From the human T2T-CHM13v2.0 reference genome, Homo sapiens, in assembly GCF_009914755.1 (NCBI RefSeq), contig NC_060935.1: 64,000 nt of DNA. One strand, 5' to 3'. Positions 21,076 to 37,939 of the stretch are shown piece after piece. The stretch's first letter is position 1, and every line of letters begins with the position of its first letter. Below the pieces are notes generated by a model. That model was not told where the DNA came from. It saw only the letters and a list, made by a program, of their open reading frames with translations, and ran no database searches. Made by a program: the position numbers and the translations under genes.

Positions 21076-21274
21076 GTTTCTGAAAATTAAAAAAAAAAAA
21101 GTGAGAATTTCTTTCTCTTATTTTTATTTACCCCGATGAAAAGGAAAAAAAGGCCGGTGGACAATTTTCTTTGTCTACTTGAGCTCTGTCCAACATGTCG
21201 AATAAGTTAGCTCCAGTACAAACTGAGACATAGTAAATGCAAACATGCTGGATTTATAAAGTTTTCGCTCAATA

Positions 21275-21885
<611 letters not shown>

Positions 21886-22626
21886 TGATTCAAATGATAA
21901 AATGAGACGAGAGTCCTCATGGCATTTTTGTTAAACAAGCCGTGCTCTCAGTCATTCCCAGTTACCTAGACAAGCTTAAAGCCTGGGCGGAGGGTAAAAG
22001 CTGGGATGATTTCTGAGTCACTTATATAAGCTAATTGATGAAGAAGCACATTCTGAATGTCATCCTGTCTCTGTCATTCTATCTCTCTCAATAATTCCAT
22101 GATGATAATATATGAAAGACACTTAGTATCTATGGTATTATTCTATACTCCCTGCCTCCAAACTCACCTATGAAGTTTGCTCAGACAATTATAAATAAAG
22201 TAGCTTTTATCTAAGATTGAGTAATCAGAGTGGACCGTCAACTCCTAAAATTATCAACCATTAAATTTGTCCTTTTAACTTTAATATCAAAACTCTTCCT
22301 TTCAATACATTAAATGTAATTAATATCTATTATTTTTAATTTAGGAAAGTTTTTTCCCATTGTCAATTCAGATGATTAGAGAGAACACTTTCACATTCTG
22401 AAATAGCCAATATTTCAACTATAATAATTAACAAGAATTAATCAACCGTTAATTATCTTCTAAAATAACAACAAAAAAAGTGAAGATATGTATTAGGTTT
22501 TCCACTCTACACTAGAAAATCCAGAAATACAGTTAATGGAAGCATGGCCACCAATTCACCTTTCCCCTTAGTGACTTGGAAGTTGTAGCCTCTGGGAAGC
22601 CCTTGCCAGTTGGTTAGGTCTATTGA

Positions 22627-22960
<334 letters not shown>

Positions 22961-23416
22961 ATTAAATCTATTTTCAACAGCTTTCACATCTAGTCTGCAA
23001 ACTGCAAATTTTGAAGAGACAGCAAATAAGACCTTTGCAACAAGAATTTTCAAAGTAATTCAACATTTTTAACATTTCCTTTGGCGTACGTTACAACCAT
23101 TACTACATGCCCACATTCTGGTGAACATTTTAGGTATTTTATGGGTTCTATCATTGCATGAAACTATGGAAATATATCTTTTCACACTTAAGAAAAATCT
23201 AACAATACAGAAAACAGTCACATCAAAGGAATCAAATAGCAAGGGAACACAAACCATACCTTACAAATTGAAGATACTTTATATTGATTTTCTGTAAAAT
23301 CACTAAGACAGTTACTTGTTTGCTTAGAAAAGACCCAAGCATGCTGCCAGGTAAATTTAAAGTATTTTGAAGAGAAAAAGTGAGCATGATGGGTTTACTG
23401 CAAATTTTATACTCAC

Positions 23417-23650
23417 AAGGCTACTATGAATGGTCTCAGTCTAGAAGCTCTGTAGATATCCAGATTAGAAGTCACTCCTGGCTCTTCAAAGCCCAGCAGT
23501 CACAAATCCAGTGGGTCCTCACTGAAGGAGGGAGAAATCTCTGGACAAGCATCCTTTTAAAGTGTATGGGCCCACGGAAGACCACACCCACTTCCTGAGA
23601 TGGATTGGATTGCATAGAAAGGGATAAATTGGCTGATTAGGTTTATAAGG
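23417..23650 (-). promoter_or_regulatory. Candidate promoter and non-coding exon 1 of the TRIM64 copy
   Basis: Minus strand: donor GTGAGT at 23416, TATA-like TTTAAAAG ~23560, GT-box GGGTGTGG ~23585, CCAAT elements, near-DUX4 motif TGATTAGGTTT (+, 23634-23644). Acceptor just upstream of the ATG at 21080. Confidence 0.6.
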
Positions 23651-23752
23651 TATTGAAAACCAGACTTGAGGGCTCAAAGCTCAACAGACAAGTTTGGAAT
23701 GAGACGCAAGAAAGTTGACTTAACACAGTTTATTCAAAGCAATATTTTAAGT

Positions 23753-24449
<697 letters not shown>

Positions 24450-24690
24450 TTATGTGCCTAGCCGTTATTTGTCTGAATATGTTCAAAGATAAAACATTAA
24501 CTGGGATTACCAACACATCCGTGCTGTGTAACTCTGTTGTTTAAAAAAGTATAGCAAGGAACTCAATTGTGTTTCACATAATTGTATATATAATGGTTGA
24601 TAGAATTAGTTGTATCAGCCTGATTTTCTTATAGTCTATTTTATGGCTATTTTATGTCTTATAGTCTATTTTATGACTATTTCCTAATGA

Positions 24691-25092
<402 letters not shown>

Positions 25093-25637
25093 TTATCATT
25101 TTAGACTTCAAGTCTTTTTCAAACCAGTTTTTCTGTTCCAAATTGGAGACTTTTTCTTAAGAAATAATTCAAGAAATGAAAATACTATGACAAAATATAG
25201 AACTTTGTGACAGTTCTTGGACACTTTAGCAATATATAGCTATTACTTTCAAAAAGATTAATAGAATTCACAATATTATCAGAAATCCATGGAGAGCGTA
25301 TGCTTCAGTGTACCAGATAGAGCAATGGGCACAACCAAGGTGTCAATTGTTATGCTACTGTGAGCAGCAGAACAATAGCAAAAGGGTTCCATCTAATCAT
25401 TTCAACATGGAAGCAAACTTCTTATTAGGATTTCTTGCTAATATCAAAATATTCAGCTAAAAAAATTTTATTTCCTGGGAAATGATATAAAATATCAATA
25501 AGCATGGTAAAATACACTATCACTATGGAATGCCATAATTAGTGCATGAGATAAACACAGGGTTTCACAGAAAGATAAAGTCTTTGAATGTTCACAAAGA
25601 GATTCTCAGATTATTTGAATAATATTTAATAAACCTA

Positions 25638-26085
25638 GAGTTGACCCTTGAACACCATGGTGGTTGGGGTGTCAAGATCCCATGTAGTCAGAAATCAGCA
25701 TATAATGTTTGTCTTCCTCAAAACTTAGCTATCAATAGCCTACTGTTGACTAGAAGCCTTAATGATAATATTCACAGTTGATTAACGCATATTTTATATG
25801 TTATGTGTATACTGTATTTTTACAATAAAGTTAGCTAAAGGAAAGAAGATATTAAGAAAATAAAAAGAAAATATATTTAATATTCATTAATGGAAAACTA
25901 AATATAATTAGTGGAAGTGGATCATTATAAGGGTTTTCAGCCTCATCATTTTCATGTTGAGTAATCAGAGAAGGAGGAGAAAGAGGAGGGGTTGGTCTTG
26001 CTGTCCCAGGGGTGTCAGAAGCAGAAGAAACTCCAATTATAAGTGACTCACAGAGTTCCAACCAGTGTTATTCAAGGGTCAACAG
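25638..26085. mobile_element. Tigger2-family non-autonomous DNA transposon
   Basis: Terminal inverted repeats gagttgacccttgaacac and gtgttattcaagggtcaacag, flanked by TA duplications at 25636-25637 and 26086-26087. Confidence 0.85.
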
Positions 26086-26788
26086 TAAATATAGGTCAAA
26101 AGCTTTAAAACTATATTCTCCGATTTTCTAAATAAAATTAAACTACATTACATAAAAAAATTTAATAGGAAATTTCTTGGAATTTCAGGCAGGTAAATTG
26201 GGGCGGGGGTGCTGGAAACTATATACTAGATAAACCATTGTACTATTGGATTTCCACATAATTCACATATGTGATTAACACTTCCATAATGAGAGAGGCA
26301 GTGCTTAGAGATGTAGCAGAAAAGGTAGCATAGGGTAGTTCAAGATGGGACCTACATGCATGGCTGAAGAATCTGTATGGATCATTTACTGATTCAAACA
26401 TAAAATGAATACTATGAAGAGAAGAGATGAAATGAAATTACATATACATTCTGAAAGAAGTAAAGATTTCCTGATGGAAAAGTAAAACAAATAATATTAA
26501 AGACACTCCTAAGCACTAAGAAAGAAATTGGCTCTGTGTGAAAGAAAGAGATATCATGAGCTTAATTATTGATAAGTCATTCTGATTCTTTAAAGGTGAT
26601 ATCCTTAAGGATAGTACTTACAATACTTTTTTCTTCAAAATATCAAGTGCCTACTGTGTCTTAATAAACATTCTAAGCCAATGCAGAAATGAACAAATGA
26701 GACGGATTTTCTTGCACCTAAAGAGCTAATGAGGTTGCAGGGTGAGAAACACAAGACAACAAGTCAAAATACAACATTGAAAAAGTGA

Positions 26789-27078
26789 AGCTGGCACAGT
26801 GGCTGTGGCCTGTAATACCAGCACTTCAGGATTCTGAAGTAGGAGGATCACTTGTGCTTAGCAGTTCAAGACCAGCCTCACCAACAAAGTGAGAGCTCTT
26901 TTCTCTAAGAAAAGAAACAAAATTAGCTTGGGTTGTGGCATGTCCCTGTATTCTCAGACACTGGCTTAGGTGAGAGGATTGCTTGAACCTGGGAAGTCAA
27001 GGTTGCATTGAGCTGGTATTGCACCACGCTTAAGCCTGGATGACAGAACAAGACCCTGTTTCGAAAAGAAAAAAAAAA
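26789..27078 (+). mobile_element. Alu (AluJ-like)
   Basis: Diverged dimer with A tail. Confidence 0.85.
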
Positions 27079-27150
27079 TTGATAGAGTGACGCATTGTGA
27101 TAAGTGCTTTAGAGAAAAATACAGCAGGAAAGGAAAATAAAGAATCATAG

Positions 27151-27492
<342 letters not shown>

Positions 27493-28597
27493 CAAAATTG
27501 AATTTTTAATACTATGGTCAGAAAAGACATAGTATAGAATATATTTGGGCAGATACCTAAAGGAGGCTAGAAACGAAGGTGCGTGGCTATTTCATGTATT
27601 TCAGCTTTTTCCTAGCTTTTTAGGAAGCGATAACTACATTAAAAATATCTAAATATAAACTGATTATTTCTCCACACCATATTTGCCCCCATTGTCTATT
27701 ATGAAGCTTCTGATATAAAGGAGAAAGAATGAGAATACAGAAAATTGAAGCCAGATCTCAAGGTTGAGAGTAACTTATTTATGATCAATAAAGTCTCACA
27801 ATATGTACGGTAATTTAAGCATGGTAGGTGAGTGTTATTCCGTGTGAAATGAATCAAAATCTTACTCAGAATACTGAAGGTAAATATGTCAAGTGTATAT
27901 GGAGACCAGAGACAAGTGCTCTGCTGCCTTTGGCACAGAGCACAAGCAACACTTTTAAGCTTCATTACTTGTTTCTCAGTATCAGAGGAGGGGAGAATGT
28001 CTGCCTATTGACCTCGACGGCATCCTCCTGCAACTAATCATCCCTCATTCTCCTTGTCCCTGAACTCCCTTGACCCACCCCCTCCTTCATTTGATTGGCT
28101 CTGTGTACTTGTTAGAATCAGAAGATCTGGGGGAACTGTGGCTTCTAAACATGTACACTGGACTCTACCCATATCCAGCCCTGTGACCCTACAAACGTGC
28201 TCAACTGAATTTTCCTCCCATAGAGACACTCTTCCTGCTGAGTTTCTCTCCTGTGCTCCTAGAGCCAAATGGCATCTCGTGTCCTGTCCCTGGATGGCTT
28301 AACCCAGGAAAACTCCTGGATCCAAGAGGAGTCAGACAAAGGAATGGTGGCCTTGTGCGTGCTGATATTCTCACAGATGTAAAGGGGATATCCTGAAATC
28401 TAGGGTTTCTTCCTTCCCTTTTCCCTCCCTTACAGCTTCTGCTGCTCCTGGGACCTTTGCTCTATCTCTCATCCAGCTCAGACTGTTGCTGGGCCTGAGA
28501 GTCTTTGCATAGCCAAGGTGGTTCTCGAAGAACTCTTGTCTGCACGAGGTCTGAGTTGCTTCTCCAGAATCTGTAGCATGGGTTTCCATAACTACAG

Positions 28598-31468
28598 GAA
28601 GATCTAGAGCTACTGGTAACTAGGCAGAGAATGTTCTCATGTGTCTAACATGGCATGACACTCCTCTCCATGAGCGGTAGAATAAATGCATTCAGATGAA
28701 GCCCTGCCATCATTACTTTGTCAGAAATAGATTCTGTCAATAGGTCTTACTGGTATAAGTGTAAGAGATGAGAATACATTTTAAAAGTGTTGCAGTGATA
28801 GTATGTGGTAATTCTAAAGTTTTCAAAACCTAAAGAGCAGATGGGCAGAATAACAACTTGTTTGTTTCTTTGATTCTTTGTTTGTTTGTTTTGAGACAGA
28901 GTCTTCTGTCAACCAGGCTGAAGTCCAGTGGCCCAATCTCAGCTCACTGCAACTTCTGCCTCCTTAGTTCAAGCTATTCTCCTGCCTCATCCTCCCTAGT
29001 AGCTGGGACTAAAAGCATGCACCACCACACCTGGCTAATTTTTTTGTATTTTTAGTAGGGATGGGGATTTGCCATGTTGTCCAGGCTAGTCTGGAAATCC
29101 TGACCTCAGGTGATCCACCCACCTTGGCCTCCCAAAGTGGTGGGATTACAGGTGTGAGCCACCTCACCCAACAAGAATAACAACTTTCTAAAGGAGTCGT
29201 TTTCTCTCTCTCTCTCTCTACAGGATTTGGGAGACATGGTGGCAAGGTATGTTAATGGCCATCAGTGCAAGCTGGAGCACAAGGCGTGCTGTGAAAAACA
29301 TCAAGTTGTTTCCAACAAAGGGAAAACATAATTTACTAACACCATAATGTGTCAATGTGATTGTGTGTGTAAGTGTGTGTACTTATGTGTTTGTGTGGTA
29401 TGTTGAATGTTACCTATGCCTCTTATCAGACATTAAACTTTTCTTACTTTTCCAAGTGACTCAGGGGTTTCTGTTTTGAAGAGTTCAATGCAGGAGTTGC
29501 TAGAATACAATTGCCTCTTTTTAGGATTCAGAATCATAATTAGAGATCAACTATTTGGTGGCAGATAGGGAGAGAGGCATTTATCTTTCAGTGGCAGTAG
29601 GTTAGAAACGGAGTGAAGAGTTAGAAAGATTCCCTAAGGGCCACAAACCCATCCTAGGATTGTGGAGGTACATTACAATATCAGAAGTGGTTTGAATGAA
29701 GCATTTTCTGTTGGAATCTATTTCTTAAACACAGACATCAGAAACTTAACCAACTCAACCTACTTCCTTGCAGGAGTGAGTCCGTGCTGCTGCACATGCT
29801 CCAGCCTGTGAATCCAGAGCTCCCTACAGGGCCCATCACAGGACCGGTGGACAGGCTCAACCACTTCCGAGGTGAGTGTGGCCCTCTTGGTGGGATCAAC
29901 ATGCAATGCCTTCAGTTATGGTTTTCTATGGGCAGCCTTCCCAGTGTAACGATTTTTCATCTAGAAGAAGAGAATAGTCTGTGAATAGGTATTTACATTT
30001 ATAGTTTCACTATCATCAAACAGACAAAACTAAATAAAAGATGGTGGAATCAGCCATATAACAAATTTCTTGGAAAAGTAAAACACGCAGAAGGGCTTTT
30101 TAGGACGTAGAACCATTCATGTATGCTTCAACCGTGATACAATTTCATGTATACAATTATTACATGAAGTATACAGAACTGAATTAATTCAGGACATTTC
30201 AATTTCAAATTCAGTGCAGTTAATGACTGATTTGAGTGACAGTGTTTTTTTAAATACATTTCAGGTGAAGTTTCATAGCATTTATAATTTTAATCACGTG
30301 CATTTTAATCAACTAAAGCATACACGAGTAACTTATATAACAATGCAAACACTGAGAATCTGTGAACAATAAGAACGTGATTTGGTGGTTGATGAGGCCT
30401 TAGATAGAACTCCAGGATAGATCATGATAAATCCAGCAGATAAAAGATGTCTGTGCCTGAATCTGGCATGAAAGTCAGATAATTCTGGCAAGGAATCTGC
30501 ACTTTTCAGAAGGCAGATTCAGATTTTCTCTTTAAGTATGAATTTTCTAGTTTAAGTGGCAGATTATAATATTTCTGGAAAGCGATAACTTTTTTATTTG
30601 GGTCTAAGAATGGCTCCCCACCTCATCTCCTGTCCCCAGCCTCCTGCTCTGCCCTGACAGAGAAGAGGCAATGGAGGTTAATTTTATTGCTATGGACTTG
30701 GCTGCAGTGCAAGAGGTTCCAGTTTTTCAGTTGTTATGAAAGGTCGCTAACTAGACATAGACATGACCTTCCTCCCCTTTATACTTTTTGAGTTTATAGA
30801 AATTGCGATCATTGAAGTTGAGCCATTTACTTGTGCAGATATCCTAACACCCTTTGATTCCAACATTTTTCCAGGCAGAAGTTACTTTGTAATCTTGACC
30901 TGTGTTTTCTAGTGAGAATCTCTTTCTTATCTGAACATAAGAATTTATAAACTGCTTTTCACTGGAACGTTCTCTTTTTTCTACAGTGGAAATTTCCTTC
31001 ACTTGGGAAGGAACCAATTACAATATCGGGCTGTTTGAGGATGTGAGAAGTTTGATGTTTAGACGTGGATCTTTGAATTCTGACAGATCTGACTATTTTG
31101 CTGCATGGGGAGCCTGGGTCTTCTCCTCTGGCAAACACTACTGGGAGCTGGATGTGGACAACTCTTGGGACTGGGCTCTGGGAGTCTGTAAGGACTCCTG
31201 GATAAGGAAGAATAGCACAATGTTTAACTCTAAGGACATATTTCTTCTTTTATGTGTGAAGGTGGATAATCATTTCAGTCTCTTGACCACCTCCCCAATG
31301 TTTCCTCACTATGTAGAGAAACCTCTGGTCCGAGTTGGTGTGTTTCTTAATTTTGAAAGTGGAAGTGTGAGTTTTTTGAATGTCACCAAGAATTCCCTCA
31401 TATGGAATTACCCAGCTGGCTCCTTAAATTTTCCTGTCAGGTCTTTCTTTTACACTGGCCACAGATGA
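28598..31468 (+). pseudogene. 5'-deleted TRIM51/TRIM49-family gene copy (PRY/SPRY half only)
   Basis: Exons 29224-29246 (23 nt), 29774-29871 (98 nt, [16 protein letters not shown]...DRLNHFR) and 30987-31468 (VEISF...[20 protein letters not shown]...FFYTGHR*), all GT-AG. Only an 18-nt tail (EDLELL, 28598-28615) of the coiled-coil exon remains; no RING/B-box exon upstream. Confidence 0.88.
28860..29150 (-). mobile_element. Alu (AluS-like), intronic
   Basis: Dimer flanked by the duplicated motif agaataacaac. Confidence 0.88.
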
Positions 31469-31938
31469 CAAGGATTAAGAAACCTGACTGTTCGGGAACT
31501 CCATATACAGGGGAGCCAGCCCTTCACTGTTGATACAAAGAAATCATACTTTTCAGGCTTTTTTCTACTTTAGTGTCACTTCATTTTATTGCTATTAAGT
31601 AGAAGATATGTAAAATGCAAAACATTTTTGTACATTTTCTTACAATTAAAATAATCTCTTATGGCCCATTACCTAAAATATGTATTGTGATTTTCAAGTG
31701 TTTGTGAATTTATTGGATGGAATTCTGGAAATATGTGGGTGTGTGATTCCCACTTAATTATCCCATGCAGGAACAAAATTTGCACATCATGGACAGACAG
31801 GATTTTGTACAATGCACTTGTAAGTGTGAGTGCTCTCTCCTATTAATACGGTAAATTCTACACCTCATTGCTTTAGGTGGAAAAATTTATTTTACACAGA
31901 AGTTTTCACTGAATCTTTGGGCCAGAATAGGAATTTAA

Positions 31939-32085
31939 CAGTCGTGCATCCTATGGCAACAAAAACACATTCTGAGAAATGCATTACTAGGCGATTTTAT
32001 CATTGTGTGAACATTAGAACACACATAAAAACCTAGATAGAATATCCATCTACAGATATAAGCTAAATGGTACAGCCTATTGCTT
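31939..32085 (+). mobile_element. MER47/Tigger-family fragment
   Basis: cagtcgtgc...attctgagaaatgcattactaggcgattttatcattgtgtgaacat...aacctagat...agcctattgct resembles the recalled MER47 consensus. Confidence 0.7.
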
Positions 32086-32273
32086 CTCTGAGAAGTTGCT
32101 AGCAATGTCTCAGCGGGAACCAAAAGGGTTTAACCCACATTGAATTCTGTAGCTGTTTAATAAAGCAAACAGCATCATCCAGGGAAAAATAAACAGATGA
32201 GCAGACTGTCTACTTTAAAATGTGTTTATGCTTCCCATTCACACGGATTGTGAATTCTCACTGTTAACCTAGA

Positions 32274-32437
<164 letters not shown>

Positions 32438-32916
32438 TTAATGTTGCACCCTCCTTGAACAATAACTAAAAAAACTCATTTCCACTCTGTGAAAATACAA
32501 TCTTTGAGCTTATAACTGGTATCAGCAGATCAATATAAAAAATACAGTACCAAGCTACACTGGTATATTTCCATTTTAAGAACTCCACAATATCCTCATT
32601 GCTGAGAGCATAGTCCTTGCATTAGTTTTCAGTATGCTATGAACAATTATCTGCTGCATGTAAACATGTCTAAATAACTATAGATAAAATACATCAATCA
32701 TAAATTTCTGTAAAAGATAATAAAATATCTTCTTTAAAAAACAAAACAATAAGCTATTACTGCATTATTTCCAATTTTATGAAAATGGAACAAATATATG
32801 GTTGTTGCTAGTCTTGAGTTCATTGCAATAAAAATGGCCCTAGTTCCTGGTTAAAGTCAGCAACCAATCTATTTTCTTCAATAGATGTCTTCTAGTTGTG
32901 TAGGCAAGAATTTGTT

Positions 32917-33173
32917 TTACATGCTATTCTGTCAGTTTATAAAATTATACACCAGAAACTGACCAGTACCACAGTACTCTGTTGCAAACAGTTTTCCATC
33001 AGGAGTGGGATCTGAGAAAGCAATTTCTTCTTTGCTCAAATATGAGATATATATATAAAGTTACTCCTTAGGCATTCAATCTTGCGAGAAGCAATTTTCT
33101 TCCAACACATCATGCTGAATACCCATATTCGACTGATCCCACAGATTGCAGGCTCTGGTAACGTTGAGCAGCA
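32917..33173 (-). pseudogene. ESCO1: 5'-truncated ESCO1 retrocopy fragment (C-terminal acetyltransferase domain; 3'UTR probably continues to lower coordinates)
   Basis: Manual translation: [41 protein letters not shown]-(frameshift in TA run)[41 protein letters not shown], matching the recalled ESCO1 C-terminus. Symbol is the parent gene. Confidence 0.88.
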
Positions 33174-33489
33174 AGATTCCAATTTTAAATAAATAGGAGG
33201 CTATGTTTTTCTCACCTACTTATCCAAATTGAGGAGGTAATCAAAACGAAGATTGACACTTTCATCAACTGGATTTCCTCTGTACGTGCAAGAAAGTGCA
33301 ATCTGTTGCCATCTCCTGTTCAGTGAGAAAGCTGAAAAAACATCCTGAGCAAGAGGACCTGAATGTAAGGAAATGACCTGGTGTTTTCCTCAGTACTTCT
33401 GTTCCCATCCTATTGCTTCAAGCTTAGGTATACAGCACACTGAACTGCAAGATGTATCCGGAAATGCTGAATACACACTAAAATGTTTA

Positions 33490-33750
33490 TTTTTATTTCC
33501 TTTATTTTATTTTATTTTTATTTCTTTTGCTAGAGACAAGGTCTCGCTATATTGCCCATGGTGGTCTCGAACTCCTGACCTCAAGCAACTCTCCCGCCTG
33601 AACTGCCCAAAGCACTAGGATTAGAGGCATGTGCCACGGTGTCTGGTCTTTTCTTTTTTTGGTCTCAAACTCCTGACCTCAAGCAACCCACCCTCCTCAA
33701 CTGCCCAAAGCACTGGGATTAGAGGCATGTGCCACCGGTGTCTGGCCTTT
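33490..33750 (-). mobile_element. FLAM/Alu monomer with a local tandem duplication
   Basis: ggtctc..actcctgacctcaagcaac...gattagaggcatgtgccac..gtgtctgg occurs at ~33562 and again at ~33661. Confidence 0.75.
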
Positions 33751-34961
33751 TCTTTCTTTTTCTTTTTTTCTTTGATTTAGAAGAGAAAGAAAATTAAATG
33801 ACAGCACAGCAGAAGAAATGCCCAAGAGCTTGTGTTCAATGAAAATCAGGTGATCCTTTACTGAAGAGTTGCTTTTAGTTAGAACTGGGAATGGGTATTC
33901 AGGAATAAGTAAACTCTGCTTTTCACCACTGTCGAAGTGTCCAGTGTTTCCCCATTCAGCAACTGGCTAATTAAGGGTCATATGGCAAGAAGGATCTTAT
34001 GTGTCTTTTAATCTCTTAAACTGATCACTAACTCAAGGTGATTATACAAATTATGAAAATGCTTATTAGCAATGCTTCCTTATTCTTTCTGTCTGTACTA
34101 CCTACACTCCTTAGTTAACTTTCTCTCTTCTCCTCCCACACACTTATTTGCAGCACTTTCCTAGGTAACAGGAAAAGTCTATCACCTTCTGATGATTTGT
34201 GTCTCTCCAACTGATCTCAGATTATAGAATTTTGCCTTCTGGGCTTTCAACCCAATTCTCCTTTTTATTTCCACCTAAAGTTTCTGAGCTTTCTCTACTG
34301 ACACTAAAAATTTCCATAAGCAACAGCTATTACACTCTCAATATTACCTTGTTACCAATTTTGTTTGTCACTTATTCAAAGAAAATTTTATAGCTAATCA
34401 TATTTAGCTTAGATTTACTTGTACATACAGTTGGTATTAGCTACTGTAGACATTTAAGATATTACTTTAATTTTGGAAGAGGGGAAAGTGCGTATTAGTT
34501 TGGTAAATTTTCTTAGCCATTAAACCAAAAACTTGTTACATTCCTCTGTTTTGATAACTTCTATTAGAATTATTATCATCTGGGACATTCCTAAAATTGA
34601 GAAATAAAATTAAGGTGCAACTACTGGGAACCTTGCCACTTATATCAGAAATCTAGGACTCCTCACCTCCTGAAGAGGTTATTGATCCATTTGCCTTGTC
34701 GCATTTTGGGGGACACAAGTTAAATTCTTCACAGAAATAAAATTCAAAGTTAAAAACTGATGTGGAGACATAGTATGTGTGTAGTTCAAACCAGAGAGAT
34801 GAGATGAAATTGTAAAAGGAAGAGTATACAAAATGAGAAGAGATCATGGTCTGTGATGAAATTGTGGGAAAGCAATAGCATAAAGGTATCACTGAGGAAC
34901 TTGAGACCAGGAAGAAACTAAGATGTGTTTACTCATGTAGTTAAAAAAAGAAAATTACATG

Positions 34962-35586
<625 letters not shown>

Positions 35587-35905
35587 TTATTTGTTCTAAA
35601 GAAAAGCAGCAGGAGTATCTCAGATTAGTATTGAAAAGCAAGGATACCATAAGGAAGAGTTTAGACTATGATAGGAGCTTCACTCGAATGCTGAGTTATA
35701 AAAACTGGTCAGGTAGTGGTGTGCAAGATGTTCTATAGGCAGAAAGAGGCAACAGCTAAGAGATTAAAATAATTTCCATCAAAAGGAGCCTTGACTGTCA
35801 GTATAGGATACAAGTAACAGAGAGATAGAAGTAAAAACAGTATAAAGAACATCTCTAGCCAAATATTTCAGGTATTACCATCTAATCCCTCAAAAATACT
35901 TATCT

Positions 35906-36213
<308 letters not shown>

Positions 36214-37281
36214 CTAAGCCACAGTTTTCTGAGGTGTGGAAAAAGAAACATGACTAAAATTCCACATGGAATTGTCTTCATTGAGTAAAATTCCTTGGCA
36301 TATTTAGTTTTGAAGCTGTACATTTGAGTAGGTGACTATGAAGTAATGACAACAGTAACAACAAGTTGATAGTATTCCTACATACAGGAAGCAGCATTTT
36401 GCCTTTGTGGAAATAGAAGAGGCATTTGCACAGAGAAGGGCCAAGCACCATCTGATGAGAGATGGGCACCAAGATTGGAAATGGTTAGGGGGAAAGATAT
36501 GAATAGCAATAGATAATAATCACATTTAATTTAATTTATTTACCAACCCCACCCAATTCAGTGAGGTGTACTTGTATGCAAGATATTGTTTTGTGATTCT
36601 TATTGTTGAAATCAAAGAAAGTGAATGATTTTGTATGTGAATTTATGAGAACTGGAGCAGTTGCAGCTAACTTGAGTTTGTAAAAATATCCAGAAGCTGA
36701 ACTGATTCTGTTAAAGCATGAGGTCATATTGGAGAGGTCCCTAGACTCTGTATACAATCTGGATGGATGCTTTTGAACCACATTTTGTATTTCTTGACAA
36801 GCAGAGTTGCCTTAATTAACATCAGAGGATCTGAAGATATCTGTTCTGCTTTTTGTCCTGTGTGAGATACTGTGGAGTGAAGTGAAGCAAGGAACAGAGA
36901 AAGACCACAGCCATCAGCTACCATGATAAGTAGCAGACCTGAAAACAAAATTCTCATGTATACAGGGCACAGGGCTGGTACTCAACAATGAAATACTAGC
37001 TAATACTGAGTGCCTAATTTGCAAGAAGAAGATCAACACACAAAGAAAGAGCCTTTTTACTAAGCATTAGAAGTTATGACAGAAATAAAATATTTTTCTA
37101 GAAATGATGAGACAGAAGCTTATCACCAAAATTACTCATGCAGGGTATATTGCCATAATAACTAACTAATGCATCTTTTACCTGTTGGGAAGAGTTTTCT
37201 TAGGACTTCTTAATTTTCTTAGGACTAGCGCCAGAATAAAGCAAAAACATCTGGATGAGATTGAATAAAAATTCCTTTCAA

Positions 37282-37939
<658 letters not shown>

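Noticed and set aside
24627-24685. 30-bp tandem duplication (also 15 bp at ~1824 and 18 bp at ~10370)
   Set aside because: Two-copy slippage events without spacers; not CRISPR-like arrays.
33216-33466. Vomeronasal V2R exon identity for the exon-like segment (ends ...DYLLNLDK)
   Set aside because: Resemblance covers only a few residues recalled from memory; no other V2R exons found.
36530-36940. Unique segment behind a good minus-strand acceptor
   Set aside because: No recognisable translation or donor; cannot be distinguished from chance.
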